Positions 21,481-32,709 of a stretch of DNA of 64,000 nucleotides are shown piece by piece. Origin of the DNA: Sulfurospirillaceae bacterium (GTDB taxonomy: Bacteria > Campylobacterota > Campylobacteria > Campylobacterales > Sulfurospirillaceae); assembly GCA_033723415.1 (NCBI GenBank), contig JAWVXD010000003.1, positions 306,178-370,177 on the forward strand, read 5' to 3'. The notes beneath the pieces were generated by a model that did no database searches, was not told where the DNA came from, and was given only the letters and a program-made list of their open reading frames with translations. Numbering within the stretch: position 1 is the stretch's first letter; each line of letters opens with the position of its first letter. Position numbers and translations under genes: made by a program.

Positions 21481-21563
21481 TGCTAAAGTCAAAACTTTCC
21501 CACAGAGAGTGCAAATACAATGGTGAGAGAAATTTATCTCGGACTGATTTGAGATAAAGAAGA
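21481..21563 (+). repeat. Divergent copy of the dnaE-leader two-hairpin element
   Basis: tgctaaagtcaaaacttt...agtgcaa...gtgagagaaattt[hairpin tttatctcgga-ctga-tttgagataaa]gaaga; same order of blocks as 2561-2722. Confidence 0.6.
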
Positions 21564-21589
21564 CAATTAAAATAAAAAAGGAAAACAGG

Positions 21590-21808
21590 ATGATAAGAAC
21601 AGAACAAGTTATAGCCGAAGCTTTAAAAAAAGTAGATAGTGATAGATATTTGCTGTCGATAATGGTTGCTAAAAGAGCAGAACAACTGGCAAATGGTGCA
21701 CAACCTTTAGTAAAAGCCAGTATGAATAAAGAAAAATTTACTGATATTGCTCTTAGAGAAATAGCCGATGGAAAAATTATTTTGGACTCTGTAATTGATT
21801 TAAAATGA
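21590..21808 (+). CDS. rpoZ: RNA polymerase omega subunit
   Basis: DRYLLSIMVAKRAEQL, DIALREIADG. Confidence 0.93.
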   Translation: MIRTEQVIAEALKKVDSDRYLLSIMVAKRAEQLANGAQPLVKASMNKEKFTDIALREIADGKIILDSVIDLK

Positions 21809-23967
21809 CACTAGAAGAATTAGCCGTTGACTTAAAAGCTTCAAAAGATATAGATACTTCTGTATCAATTTTGAAAAGATTTACCGAAATAACACCTTTG
21901 ATACAAAAGGCTATCGAATTTTCTATAGAAAAGCATACTGGTCAGTATAGAAAAAGCGGAGAAGAATACGTAAATCATCCAATTCTCACAGCTTCGCTTG
22001 TTGCCTACTTTGGCGGTGATGAAGCTGTGATCATTGCAGGTTTGCTACATGACGTGGTTGAAGATACAGACTGTGATGTAAAGACGATAGATAGACTCTT
22101 TACTAAAGAAATAGGTGGTTTAGTCGAGGGATTGACCAAGATCATGGAAATCAGAGATATCGAATTGATCCCATCAAGCTCTAGTGACAAGATTATCTCA
22201 TCTGCTCTATCTTTTAGAAAAATGTTGCTTGCCTCTATCAGTGATGTGAGGGTTTTGGTCATAAAATTATGTGACAGACTCCACAATATGATGACATTAG
22301 AGGGATTGTCTGCTGCAAAACAAAAAAGAATTAGTGAAGAGACAGTCGTAGTTTATGCTCCAATTGCACACAGATTGGGAATTTCATCTATAAAAAATTA
22401 TTTAGAAGATGCAAGTTTTTATTATGTGATGCCTCAAGAATATAAAAGAATAGATGATTTTATAAATGAGCATAAACAGCAGTTTCAACTAAGACTTAAT
22501 CATTTTGCATCAAAGATTAGAACATTGATGATTAAAAATGGATTTAATGAAGATGAGTTTACAATTATCAAAAGGGTAAAACATCACTATTCTATATATC
22601 TAAAGATGCAAAGAAAAGGTATATCTCTAGAAGAGGTTTTAGATCTTCTAGCGATCAGAGTTTTAGTAAAAAAGAAACTAGACTGCTACAAAGTCTTAGG
22701 GATCATACATCAAGAATTCAATCCTCTCATATCAAGATTTAAAGATTATATCTCTATCTCTAAAGAGAATGGATACCAGACAATTCATACAACAGTATTT
22801 AACGATAAGTCGATCATAGAGTCTCAAATCAGAACATATGATATGGATAGAACTGCTGAATTTGGTTTGGCTGCACACTGGAAATACAAAACCGGTGGAT
22901 TAAATCCTAATTTAGATTGGTTAAATGATCTTAAAACCCAAAATGAAGAGATAGACAATATAGAAGAATTTTATGAGATTGCAAAAGACAATCTATATAG
23001 TGAAGATATTGCAGTTTTTTCTCCTAAAGGAGATATCTTTACACTCCCAAGAGGTGCTACAGTTCTGGATTTTGCTTATGAAGTTCACACTGAAATCGGG
23101 GTATATGCTAGTGAAGCTTATGTAAATAAACAAAAAACACCACTTTTGAGTGAACTCAACAACGGAGATATCGTTAGAATAATTACATCAGATGAACCAA
23201 AATTTAGATGTAGTTGGATAAATAACGTAAAAACAGGAAAGGCAAGAAATGCAATTAGGGTTAATTGCAGTCAAAAGATCAGAGAGATTAATCATAAAAT
23301 TGCCATCAATATATTGACATACATCTTTAATGTTGGAGAAAAAAAGATCCTGTCTTGGTTAGAAAAAGAAAATCTAACAAAGAAGATCTCCAAAATAGCT
23401 ATAGATTCCATATATTTACTAGATATTGTAAATGTTCTAAAAAAACATTCAAATACAGATAAGCTAATATTCCCATTACTTAAAATAGATAGATATAAGG
23501 TAAAAAAACAAAAGTTTGAAAATATTGTTGTTTACTCAAATCAAAATATATCAAATGTATTTTTCGATTATTGTTGTCATCCAAAAAGAGGAGACGATAT
23601 AATCGGATTTAAAAAAGGCAATGATGTTTTTGTGCATCACAAACTTTGTGAGATTGCAAATCATCAACTTGATAAAGGCGATACTACCGTGTTTGTCAAG
23701 TGGACAAGAGAGGCTCCGGATAGGTTTAAATTATTGGTAAGTTTGGAAAACAAAAGGGGAGCTTTAGCCAATTTTTTATTTTATTTGGCTAAAATGCAAA
23801 TAAATTTGGTGACAATTGAGCTTGGTAAATCAGAAGAAGGGCATGCTGATTATTTCGATATGATAGTAGAAATACCTGACAAACCTTTAAAATCAATAAG
23901 AGATAAATTAAAATCAAAGTTTAGTGTCATAGAATTTGTTTCAGTTTCTGACGCATACAAAAATTAG
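21805..23967 (+). CDS. spoT: Bifunctional (p)ppGpp synthetase/hydrolase
   Basis: HD domain (LLHDVVED), DRLHNM, synthetase NGYQTIHT, TGS and ACT domains. Confidence 0.95.
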   Translation: MTLEELAVDLKASKDIDTSVSILKRFTEITPLIQKAIEFSIEKHTGQYRKSGEEYVNHPILTASLVAYFGGDEAVIIAGLLHDVVEDTDCDVKTIDRLFTKEIGGLVEGLTKIMEIRDIELIPSSSSDKIISSALSFRKMLLASISDVRVLVIKLCDRLHNMMTLEGLSAAKQKRISEETVVVYAPIAHRLGISSIKNYLEDASFYYVMPQEYKRIDDFINEHKQQFQLRLNHFASKIRTLMIKNGFNEDEFTIIKRVKHHYSIYLKMQRKGISLEEVLDLLAIRVLVKKKLDCYKVLGIIHQEFNPLISRFKDYISISKENGYQTIHTTVFNDKSIIESQIRTYDMDRTAEFGLAAHWKYKTGGLNPNLDWLNDLKTQNEEIDNIEEFYEIAKDNLYSEDIAVFSPKGDIFTLPRGATVLDFAYEVHTEIGVYASEAYVNKQKTPLLSELNNGDIVRIITSDEPKFRCSWINNVKTGKARNAIRVNCSQKIREINHKIAINILTYIFNVGEKKILSWLEKENLTKKISKIAIDSIYLLDIVNVLKKHSNTDKLIFPLLKIDRYKVKKQKFENIVVYSNQNISNVFFDYCCHPKRGDDIIGFKKGNDVFVHHKLCEIANHQLDKGDTTVFVKWTREAPDRFKLLVSLENKRGALANFLFYLAKMQINLVTIELGKSEEGHADYFDMIVEIPDKPLKSIRDKLKSKFSVIEFVSVSDAYKN

Positions 23968-23977
23968 AAGGATAGCA

Positions 23978-25177
23978 ATGATAAAAGCTGCTTTAGAAGA
24001 CATAAAGCGAGGTGTAAGTGAGATCATAGACGAAGAAAGAGTCACTGCACTTTTAAAAAATTATTTTGAAAAAGGACATACCTATTATGTAAAAGCAGGA
24101 TTTGATCCTACTGCCCCAGATCTTCATCTAGGACACACCGTATTGCTTCAAAAAATGGCAATTTTTCAAAAATACGGCGCAATTGTTCAGTTCGTTATAG
24201 GTGATTTTACCGGTATGATAGGTGATCCGACAGGTAAAAATGAGACTAGAAAAAAATTAGACAAGCAACAAGTATTGGAAAATGCCAAAAGTTATGAAGA
24301 ACAGGTGTTTAAAGTTTTAGACAGTAAAAAGACAGAAATATTATTTAATTCCAGTTGGATAGAAGAATTGGGTGCTAGCGGAATGTTAGAACTGACTACG
24401 ACTTTTAATGTTGCCAGAATGCTGGAGCGAGAAGATTTTGACAAAAGATATACATCAGGTGCACCTATCTCTATAAGTGAGTTCTTATATCCTCTTTTAC
24501 AAGGATATGATAGTGTTGCAATAAAATCTGATATTGAGATGGGCGGAACAGATCAGAAGTTTAATCTTTTGATGGGACGTCATCTCCAACGTGCATACAA
24601 TACAGGAAAAGAGCAAGCTGTTATCATGATGCCTTTATTAGAAGGGCTGGACGGCATTAATAAAATGAGCAAGTCATTGGGCAATTATATAGGTGTTACA
24701 GATGAACCAAATGATATGTTTGGAAAATTGCTTAGTATCAGTGATGATTTGATGTGGAGATATTATGATTTGTTAAGTGCGCTTTCTACTGTTCAAATAA
24801 GCTCATTGAAGCAAAAGGTAAATGATGGTATTTTACATCCAAAGACTGCCAAAGAAAATCTAGCTCATGAAATAGTAGCAAGATATCATGGCGAAGATGC
24901 AGCTTCTGCCGCAAAGCAAGAATTTGACAAGATACATTCAAAAAATCAACTCCCTAGTGATATTGAAGATTATGAGTGTGAAGCTCCTATTTGGATAGCG
25001 CAAGCACTGGTGGATTGTAAATTAGAGCCTTCTACATCACAAGCTAGAAGAGATATTAATCAAAATGCGGTTAGTGTCAATCAAGAAAAGATTCAAGATT
25101 CCAAAATGCAATTGGGAAAAGGGGAGTTTATACTCCAGGTAGGCAAGAGAAAATTTGCGAGACTAAAGGTAATATAA
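23978..25177 (+). CDS. tyrS: Tyrosine--tRNA ligase
   Basis: GFDPTAPDLHLGH, GGTDQKFN, KMSKS, S4 tail; start moved to ATG 23978 behind RBS aagga. Confidence 0.97.
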   Translation: MIKAALEDIKRGVSEIIDEERVTALLKNYFEKGHTYYVKAGFDPTAPDLHLGHTVLLQKMAIFQKYGAIVQFVIGDFTGMIGDPTGKNETRKKLDKQQVLENAKSYEEQVFKVLDSKKTEILFNSSWIEELGASGMLELTTTFNVARMLEREDFDKRYTSGAPISISEFLYPLLQGYDSVAIKSDIEMGGTDQKFNLLMGRHLQRAYNTGKEQAVIMMPLLEGLDGINKMSKSLGNYIGVTDEPNDMFGKLLSISDDLMWRYYDLLSALSTVQISSLKQKVNDGILHPKTAKENLAHEIVARYHGEDAASAAKQEFDKIHSKNQLPSDIEDYECEAPIWIAQALVDCKLEPSTSQARRDINQNAVSVNQEKIQDSKMQLGKGEFILQVGKRKFARLKVI

Positions 25178-26274
25178 TGACATTAAAATCTCTTAAAATA
25201 GGAAAACATACCATTAAGCATCCTATTATCCAAGGCGGTATGGGACTTGGTATTAGCTGGGATCAGTTAGCCGGAAATGTTAGTTTAAATGGAGGTTTAG
25301 GGGTTATAAGCTCTGTTGGTACAGGATATTACAAAGATCAACGATATGTAAAAAAAGAGATAAGTGAGCGACCTTTTGAAGTTGAAAACTTTTATTCAAG
25401 AGATAGTTTTAGAGCTATAATAAATAGTGCAAAAAAGATATCAAACGGTAATCCTGTAGCAGCAAATATACTTTATGCAATTAATGATTATGGAAGAGTT
25501 GCCAGAGATGCATGTGAATTAGGTGTAGATATTATCATCACAGGTGCAGGACTTCCTACAAATATGCCGGAATTTACAGAAGGATATCCTGATGTAGCAT
25601 TGGTTCCAATTGTTTCTTCAGCTAAAGCTTTAAAAATTATATGCAAAAGATGGAAACAACGTTACAATAGACTACCAGATGGTGTTATAGTTGAAGGACC
25701 AAAAAGTGGAGGACATCAAGGATTTACCTATGAGCAGTGTTTTAAAGAAGAATACCAGCTGGAAAATCTAATCGGGCCGGTAAAGGAAGAGATAAAAAAC
25801 TGGGGTGATTTTCCATTGATAGCAGCCGGAGGTATTTGGGATCATAATGATATAGTAAAAGCTATAGAGCTTGGAGCTGACGGCGTTCAGATGGGTACAA
25901 GATTTATAGGCACACATGAATGTGATGCAAGTGAAAATTTTAAAAAGGTTATTTTGGACTCGAAGGAAGAAGATATACAGTTGCTTAAGTCGCCTGTTGG
26001 ATATCCGGCACGAGGAATTAGAACGAATCTGATAAAACTTGTAGAGAAAAGAGAAGGTCCGAAGATAAAATGTATAAGTAACTGTGTCAGTCCATGCCAC
26101 AGAGGACAAGAAGCGAAAGTTGTTGGTTACTGTATAGCAGATAGGCTTTCGGATGCATATATGGGAAGAGTGGAGACAGGTTTGTTCTTTACTGGTTCAA
26201 ACGGATATAAACTTAAAGAGATTATTAGCGTTAAAGAGCTCATAAATAAGTTGGTGCATGGCGAAGATAATTAG
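25177..26274 (+). CDS. fabX: Nitronate monooxygenase/FabK-fold flavoprotein, probable FabX (acyl-ACP dehydrogenase/isomerase)
   Basis: IIQGGMG, EGPKSGGHQG, Fe-S motif CISNCVSPC...YCI; tyrS-X-amiA order as for H. pylori fabX. Confidence 0.7.
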   Translation: MTLKSLKIGKHTIKHPIIQGGMGLGISWDQLAGNVSLNGGLGVISSVGTGYYKDQRYVKKEISERPFEVENFYSRDSFRAIINSAKKISNGNPVAANILYAINDYGRVARDACELGVDIIITGAGLPTNMPEFTEGYPDVALVPIVSSAKALKIICKRWKQRYNRLPDGVIVEGPKSGGHQGFTYEQCFKEEYQLENLIGPVKEEIKNWGDFPLIAAGGIWDHNDIVKAIELGADGVQMGTRFIGTHECDASENFKKVILDSKEEDIQLLKSPVGYPARGIRTNLIKLVEKREGPKIKCISNCVSPCHRGQEAKVVGYCIADRLSDAYMGRVETGLFFTGSNGYKLKEIISVKELINKLVHGEDN

Positions 26275-27658
26275 AACCTTAGCCATTATTTTTTCTCTTT
26301 CTTTGATGCTAGTTGCTAGTTCATCGTATCTTGACAAGGTATATTCCTATGACAAGAAAATAGAACAAGCAGATCAGAGTGAAATGTTTAGGATATTTCA
26401 CTCCTTACAAAGTATCTATATTAAATCTATTATCAATAATGATGTAACGCTCAAGGTTGCGACGTTAAAAAGACTGATAAAATGTTCCAATATTTTAAAA
26501 CTTAATGCCAAAAATTATGAAAATGAGCTATCTACGCTTCAAGCAAATAATAAAATAAATCCTCCAATATATAAAAAACAAAAAACGACTGTAATGCATA
26601 GTGCTAAGGCGACTAAAGATTTGCCAAAATTGATAGATGTTTCTGTAAATGATTATGATGTTAGCCTAAGATTTAACAAGGATATAACGTACGATGATGT
26701 GAAAACATTTGGATTAGTTAGTAAAAATAAATACAAAAGCGTTTTTGATTTTAATGCAATCTTTGCAACATCTTCTAAGATCAAAACTCCTAAAAGTCTG
26801 AAAGATATTAGAATTGCAAGATACAATAAAAATACTGTTAGATTGGTTCTTGTAAGCAATAAAAGCATAAATTCAAAATTGAACATAGATTCATCTACTA
26901 TTATTATAAATTTTAAAAAACATATAAACAAGCCAACTAGGATAGTCAATAAATTTACAAATTTTTCAACATTTAACCCAAGAAATAAAATCATAGTCCT
27001 AGACCCAGGACATGGAGGAAAAGACTCAGGAGCCATAGGGTATAAAGGCAGATATGAAAAAAGAGCTGTTTTGAGAATTGCTCTAAAATGCTATAAAGAG
27101 CTGAAAAAACGAGGTTATAGAGTTTACATGACAAGAGATAAAGACTATTTTGTCAAACTAAGAAACAGGACGAATTTCGCTAACAATAAACATGCTGATT
27201 TGTTTATATCCATCCATGCAAACGCAGCTCCACGAAAAAGTCAATATCTATCATCAAAAGGATTAGAGACATTTTTTCTCTCTCCTGCGAGAAGCAATAG
27301 AAGTAAGCGTGTGGCAGCTTTGGAAAATAAGGCAGATCTTGAGGATATGGATTATTACTCCAAAAATACGTTTTTAAATCTGATAAACAGAGAAAAGATA
27401 GTGCAGGCAAATAAAATGGCTTTGGATGTGCAGCAAGGTATACTAAGAAGTGTAAGACAAAAATATGATATTATAGACGGTGGTGTTAGAAAAGCTCCAT
27501 TTTGGGTTCTTGTAGGGGCTCAGATGCCTGCTATACTAATAGAGACAGGGTATATAACAAATCCTACAGAAGGAACAAGATTATTTAATTTTCACTATGA
27601 GGATTTGATGGCTAAAGGTATAGCCAACGGTGTTGATAGTTATTTTATGAAAAACTAA
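26258..27658 (+). CDS. amiA: N-acetylmuramoyl-L-alanine amidase
   Basis: VLDPGHGGKDSGA, FISIHANA, ILIETGYITN; N-terminal signal and AMIN-like region. Confidence 0.92.
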   Translation: MAKIIRTLAIIFSLSLMLVASSSYLDKVYSYDKKIEQADQSEMFRIFHSLQSIYIKSIINNDVTLKVATLKRLIKCSNILKLNAKNYENELSTLQANNKINPPIYKKQKTTVMHSAKATKDLPKLIDVSVNDYDVSLRFNKDITYDDVKTFGLVSKNKYKSVFDFNAIFATSSKIKTPKSLKDIRIARYNKNTVRLVLVSNKSINSKLNIDSSTIIINFKKHINKPTRIVNKFTNFSTFNPRNKIIVLDPGHGGKDSGAIGYKGRYEKRAVLRIALKCYKELKKRGYRVYMTRDKDYFVKLRNRTNFANNKHADLFISIHANAAPRKSQYLSSKGLETFFLSPARSNRSKRVAALENKADLEDMDYYSKNTFLNLINREKIVQANKMALDVQQGILRSVRQKYDIIDGGVRKAPFWVLVGAQMPAILIETGYITNPTEGTRLFNFHYEDLMAKGIANGVDSYFMKN

Positions 27659-27669
27659 ACTTATCTATC

Positions 27670-28404
27670 TTATTTAAAAGAGATTTGAAGCTTTAACATT
27701 TCTTGCTTGAAAAAATCACACCATGTCTTTAGTTTATTTTCATCTTCGCAAGCCAGATATATTTCTACACTTTTTTTATTTTTTTCAATTTTTGGCAATG
27801 ATGAAAGTTCTATATATTCAGGTATGGCTTCCATGATGTCTATCAAGTCATTTTCTGATGTATCTACGTGGAAAGTACAAAAATGATTTTTCGGTTTTTT
27901 TTCAAATTTAGTATCTAATACCTTAGTTAACATCGGCCATGCCATAGAAGGAAAACCTGGTGTAAAAAAATATCTGTCTTCCAAAGAAAAACCAGGTACT
28001 TTATTTACAACATTTTCTAGAAGTTGAGCTCCGATTGGGATATTTGCCATTTTTACTCTATGTGGATATGCCTGATCGCCAAAAGAATCTATGATCAAAC
28101 TCAAAGCTTTTTGATTTGTTTGCATCTTGCCGTCTGTAAAAACTTTGGCAGCAACAACTCTCGTGTAATCATCCGGAGTAGAACCTATCCCGCCAAAGCA
28201 AAACATAACAGCATTTTTATCTTCTTTTAGGATATTAAAGACTTTTTCCATCAACGGAGGATTATCAATTATGACAAAATTACCGGCATGAGTCAATCCT
28301 CGTTTCGTTAGTTCTTCATTTATAAATGAGAAGTGCTTATCAACTCTTCTTCCATTTAAAAGCTCAGTTCCTATAATAACACTGTAGAAATTATACGTAT
28401 TCAT
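27670..28404 (-). CDS. CinA-like molybdopterin-binding domain protein
   Basis: [32 protein letters not shown]; start moved to ATG 28404. Confidence 0.85.
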   Translation of the reverse strand: MNTYNFYSVIIGTELLNGRRVDKHFSFINEELTKRGLTHAGNFVIIDNPPLMEKVFNILKEDKNAVMFCFGGIGSTPDDYTRVVAAKVFTDGKMQTNQKALSLIIDSFGDQAYPHRVKMANIPIGAQLLENVVNKVPGFSLEDRYFFTPGFPSMAWPMLTKVLDTKFEKKPKNHFCTFHVDTSENDLIDIMEAIPEYIELSSLPKIEKNKKSVEIYLACEDENKLKTWCDFFKQEMLKLQISFK

Positions 28405-28963
28405 GTATCTTAGACTCAATATCTTTTACAATAGCCTCTATGCTTCTTTCACCATCCACTTTAAAAAGTTTATCTTTTGACTTGTAAAAGTTTTCTATGT
28501 CAGATAAAGGCTCAAGATAGACCTTTATCCTGTTATCAAAAATTTTCTCATCATCATCAGCACCTCTAGATCTGGAAAGTACTCTCTTTTTTGCAACATT
28601 TGTGCTAACAACTACTTCTATGACAAGAGATAGCTGAATCTCACGTTGCTTTGATAAAAAATCATCTAATGCTTCCAATTGTTCTATGGATCTAGGATAA
28701 CCATCTATGATAATGATGGATTTTGAAGATTGATTGATTGCTTTTATGATAGCTTCTGCTGCTATAAGTGCAGGTACTATATTGCCTGCACTTATTATCT
28801 TATCTATTTTACTACCTAAGGCACTTTTACTTTTTACTTCTTCTCTAAGTAGATCACCTGTTGAAAAATGTGCTATGTTTAGCGGATTATTTTTTGCTAT
28901 TATCTCGGCATCCGTAGTCTTTCCACTTCCCGGAGCTCCAATGATTAGAAATAAATTTTTCAT
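28391..28963 (-). CDS. adk: Adenylate kinase, short form without LID
   Basis: [31 protein letters not shown]; follows aspS. Confidence 0.92.
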   Translation of the reverse strand: MKNLFLIIGAPGSGKTTDAEIIAKNNPLNIAHFSTGDLLREEVKSKSALGSKIDKIISAGNIVPALIAAEAIIKAINQSSKSIIIIDGYPRSIEQLEALDDFLSKQREIQLSLVIEVVVSTNVAKKRVLSRSRGADDDEKIFDNRIKVYLEPLSDIENFYKSKDKLFKVDGERSIEAIVKDIESKIHEYV

Positions 28964-30714
28964 TATTGGCTAGTTTTTACTTCTCTCAATCTAATTCCTA
29001 AGTCTCTAAGCTGTGAATTATCCACAGAACTTGGAGCTTTAGTCAGTAAGCATTGTGCTCTTTGCGTTTTAGGAAATGCTATTACGTCTCTAATGCTGCT
29101 TGATCCGGTAAGCAGCATGATTAATCTGTCTAAACCTATCGCTAAACCACCATGAGGAGGTGCACCGTATTTTAGAGCATCTAGTAAAAATTCAAATTTT
29201 TCATTTGCTTCTTCATCACTGATCCCCAATAATTTAAATACTTTTTGTTGTATCTCTTTTTTGTGAATCCTGATACTTCCTCCGCCTAACTCAACACCAT
29301 TGAGGACGATGTCGTATGCGATTGATTCCATTTCCTCAACCGGGGCATCTATGTTGCTTGGCATGGTAAAAGGATGGTGTAGTGCTTTTACTTCATCTCC
29401 TTCTACTTCAAACATATCAAAATCAACAACCCATACGAATTCAAATACATCTTTTGGAATGATTTCCATAAGTTCAGCTAGATAAATTCTGAATCTTCCC
29501 ATATAATCAAGTACGATTTTCTTCTCTCCTGCACCGAAGAAGATCACATCGCCGACTTTTAAGTCGCTAACTTTTATGATCTCATTCAAATCATCTTCAG
29601 TGAAAAATTTGGTTAATGGACCTTTTAATCCGTCTTCTTTCATTTGGAAATAACCAAGTCCTGATGCTCCGAATTTTCTTACGTAATCTTCAAAACCTTT
29701 CATCTGCCTTTTAGAAAATATATTATCCCCATTTGGTACTTTAAGTGCCTTTATACGATTGTTTTTTGTATTTTTTGCGATACTGCTAAATATCTCATTA
29801 GTTGATTTTGCAAATATATCTATAACATCGATCATAGACAAATCATATCTTAGATCAGGCTTGTCGCTACCGTATTTTTCCATAGCGTCTTTGTACTTTA
29901 ATCTGTTGAACGGTGTTTGTATATCATGTCCGCAAGCTTTAAATATCTCTTTTAAAAGATCTTCTGTGACGTTTATGATATCTTCTTGTGTACAAAAACT
30001 CATCTCTAAGTCAATTTGCGTAAATTCAGGCTGTCTATCTGCCCTTAAGTCTTCATCACGAAAACATTTTGCAATTTGAAAATATCTGTCAAAACCAGAA
30101 CACATAAGAAGTTGTTTAAATAGTTGAGGAGATTGCGGTAGAGCAAAAAATTCTCCGTTATGAACACGACTCGGCACTAAATAATCTCTAGCTCCCTCAG
30201 GAGTAGATTTTGTTAAAATCGGAGTTTCTACTTCTAGAAAACCTTTACTGTCCAGTAAGTTTCTAGTTGCTATAGTTGCTTTACTTCTAAGATTGAAAAT
30301 TTCATATGATTTTTTATTTCTCAAATCAAGATATCTATACTTTAATCTTACATCCTCTCCGACACTGTTATCACCTATGACAAAAGGAACTGGCTCACTG
30401 ATATTTTCAATGATCAAATCTTCAACAACTATTTCTATCTTTCCTGTTTTTAGATTTGGATTTTCAAGACCTTCTCCTCTTGCTCTTACTTTCCCTTTGG
30501 CTCTTAAAACAAATTCATCTCTGACTTTACCAGCAGTTTCGTGTGCTGCAGCGCTATCTGCAGGATCACAAACAAGTTGAACCAGACCACTTTTATCTCT
30601 TAGATCTATGAAAATAACACCACCATGGTCTCTGCTGTTATTACTCCATCCGCATACTTCTACGATATCACCGATGTTCTCTTCATTTAGCTGTGTACAG
30701 TAATGACTTCTCAA
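28963..30714 (-). CDS. aspS: Aspartate--tRNA ligase (likely non-discriminating)
   Basis: [46 protein letters not shown]. Confidence 0.98.
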   Translation of the reverse strand: MRSHYCTQLNEENIGDIVEVCGWSNNSRDHGGVIFIDLRDKSGLVQLVCDPADSAAAHETAGKVRDEFVLRAKGKVRARGEGLENPNLKTGKIEIVVEDLIIENISEPVPFVIGDNSVGEDVRLKYRYLDLRNKKSYEIFNLRSKATIATRNLLDSKGFLEVETPILTKSTPEGARDYLVPSRVHNGEFFALPQSPQLFKQLLMCSGFDRYFQIAKCFRDEDLRADRQPEFTQIDLEMSFCTQEDIINVTEDLLKEIFKACGHDIQTPFNRLKYKDAMEKYGSDKPDLRYDLSMIDVIDIFAKSTNEIFSSIAKNTKNNRIKALKVPNGDNIFSKRQMKGFEDYVRKFGASGLGYFQMKEDGLKGPLTKFFTEDDLNEIIKVSDLKVGDVIFFGAGEKKIVLDYMGRFRIYLAELMEIIPKDVFEFVWVVDFDMFEVEGDEVKALHHPFTMPSNIDAPVEEMESIAYDIVLNGVELGGGSIRIHKKEIQQKVFKLLGISDEEANEKFEFLLDALKYGAPPHGGLAIGLDRLIMLLTGSSSIRDVIAFPKTQRAQCLLTKAPSSVDNSQLRDLGIRLREVKTSQ

Positions 30715-30817
30715 ATTTTATTCCTCTTAATCCGATTTTTAAGGCGTCAATTTTACCAAAAAATAGCTTCACTTCACTTTATATTAATATATATAGTGCT
30801 AAAATAGAAGATATTTA

Positions 30818-31666
30818 ATGATTTTAGGACTTCAAAATATGATTATGACTTCAGTGCTTTCTAGAATTTTTGGTAGATTTGCTTCAACTAAATTTCCTAA
30901 ATTTTTTCAGAATATTATAAATAAAATCTATGTCAGTTCAATGAAAGTAGATCTAAGTGAATTTTATGACAGTTCAAAATACGACAGTTTAAATTCTCTT
31001 TTTACAAGAGCCTTTGTAAAGACTCGAGAGTATAACAAAGAAAGCAATAATTTTATCTTTCCAAGCGATAGTTTTATAACAGAATGTGGAATTATCGAAA
31101 AACGTACAGCATTACAAATAAAAGGATTTTCATACAATATTTATGAGTTATTAAGTAGTAAAATCGATACTAGATCAAGAAAAAGAGTTGATGGTGGAAA
31201 CTATATAAATCTTTATTTATCACCACGAGATTATCATCGTTATCATACTCCGATTAATATGAATATTCAAAAGGCTGTACATATCCCTGGAAAATTATAT
31301 CCGGTAAACTTTAAATGGCTCAAAAAGATACCCAATCTTTTTATAGAGAACGAACGTGTTATCCTGGAGTGTAAAACAGAAGACGATAAGATATTTTATA
31401 TGATTTTTGTCGGAGCTTTAAATGTAGGCAAGATAAGTTTTATTTTTGATGAGAGGATACAGACTAATATAGCACAACAAAATGCTACAGTTTATAAATA
31501 TACTGACTTGTTCTTTGAAAAGGGAGCAGAACTCGGAAGATTTGAAATGGGATCTACTATAGTGATGTTCTTTGAAAAAGATTTGATTGAACTCTCATGT
31601 AATCCAGGAGAACATACAAAGTTTGGTGATATCCTAGCTTTTATTCAAGATTATAAGCAAGATTGA
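30818..31666 (+). CDS. psd: Phosphatidylserine decarboxylase proenzyme
   Basis: LYLSPRDYHRYH, ENERV, VGALNVG, FEMGSTIV cleavage motif. Confidence 0.93.
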   Translation: MILGLQNMIMTSVLSRIFGRFASTKFPKFFQNIINKIYVSSMKVDLSEFYDSSKYDSLNSLFTRAFVKTREYNKESNNFIFPSDSFITECGIIEKRTALQIKGFSYNIYELLSSKIDTRSRKRVDGGNYINLYLSPRDYHRYHTPINMNIQKAVHIPGKLYPVNFKWLKKIPNLFIENERVILECKTEDDKIFYMIFVGALNVGKISFIFDERIQTNIAQQNATVYKYTDLFFEKGAELGRFEMGSTIVMFFEKDLIELSCNPGEHTKFGDILAFIQDYKQD

Positions 31667-32330
31667 TCGTAAAATTCTTCGGAAAATCAAATAACGATTT
31701 ATCCACTTTGATTGGAAAACTATCTTTGATGGCTTGAATAGCCGAGTTATTAAAAATTCTGTTTCCTGATATGATTTTTATGTTTGATGCTTGGCCATTT
31801 TTATTTAAAGTAAATCCAATTTTAACTTTCCCTTCTTTTCCCATTCTCAGAGCTCTATTAGGATAGAATTTGTTTTGATTTATCTTTTTTTTAAGCTTCT
31901 GAAGAAATATAACTCTCTTTTTCTCTTTTTGATCGTCAATTATTCGTTTTACCGGTTTTTTGACTTTTGATGTTATTGTCTTTCGTGTATTAGTTTGTTT
32001 TGAAATTTCTTGTTCTATAGTTTTTTTTGGATGTTTAATTAGTACTGGATCATGTAATTTTTGGGATTCAACAATCTGTTCATGTACAATCTTTGGCTTA
32101 GGCTTAGGCTTAGGCTTAGGTTTAGGTTTTGGTTTAGGTTTTGGTTTTGGTTTTGGCTTAGGTTTTGGCTTAGGTTTTGGCTTTGGCTGCGAGATGACTT
32201 GAACTTTACATATTGTTACTTCTTGTAAATTTTTTGATATGGCAGGATCTGAAAAATAAAAAAAAGTTGCAATTATCAAAACACAATATAACGAACTTGT
32301 CGCAAAAAATGAGAGAAAATATCTATTCAT
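31641..32330 (-). CDS. tonB: Energy transducer TonB
   Basis: N-terminal TM, (PK)16 linker, C-terminal YPNRALRMGKEGKVKIGF; follows exbBD. Confidence 0.92.
   Translation of the reverse strand: MNRYFLSFFATSSLYCVLIIATFFYFSDPAISKNLQEVTICKVQVISQPKPKPKPKPKPKPKPKPKPKPKPKPKPKPKPKIVHEQIVESQKLHDPVLIKHPKKTIEQEISKQTNTRKTITSKVKKPVKRIIDDQKEKKRVIFLQKLKKKINQNKFYPNRALRMGKEGKVKIGFTLNKNGQASNIKIISGNRIFNNSAIQAIKDSFPIKVDKSLFDFPKNFTINLAYNLE
32091..32186 (-). repeat. Coding hexanucleotide tandem repeat encoding (Pro-Lys)16
   Basis: 16 imperfect 6-bp units with synonymous variation (CCW AAR on the minus strand). Confidence 0.95.
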
Positions 32331-32709
32331 GTTGAGTGATTATCCCTAAATTTTTATAACCGTTTTGTTTTAATATATCCAACATATAAACAAAGTTGTC
32401 AAATTTTGTCGACTTATCACAATTCAGTCGAATTTCGGTATCTGTTTTGTATAAAGCCAACATTGACTTTACATGATCTCTAGCTACTTGTATTTTGTCA
32501 AAGAAAATCTCTCCATTTTGTTTAATAGTAATAACCAAAGGTTGTTGTTGCTTTTGTTTAAGTACCGTAGAATTTTTGCTTTTGCTTAGATCAACAGGTA
32601 TGATCCCTTTAGCCACAAATGTAGCTGTAGTGAGGACTATAACCAGTAAAACAAGGATGATATCTATAAACGGAACAACATTTATAGAATCAAACTTTTG
32701 CACTTTCAT
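32323..32709 (-). CDS. exbD: TonB system protein ExbD
   Basis: INVVPFIDIILVLLVI; ATGA overlap with exbB. Confidence 0.93.
   Translation of the reverse strand: MKVQKFDSINVVPFIDIILVLLVIVLTTATFVAKGIIPVDLSKSKNSTVLKQKQQQPLVITIKQNGEIFFDKIQVARDHVKSMLALYKTDTEIRLNCDKSTKFDNFVYMLDILKQNGYKNLGIITQHE

Noticed and set aside
32091..32186. TTAGG-like or contingency repeat
   Set aside because: In-frame (Pro-Lys)16 TonB linker with synonymous variation; a normal TonB feature
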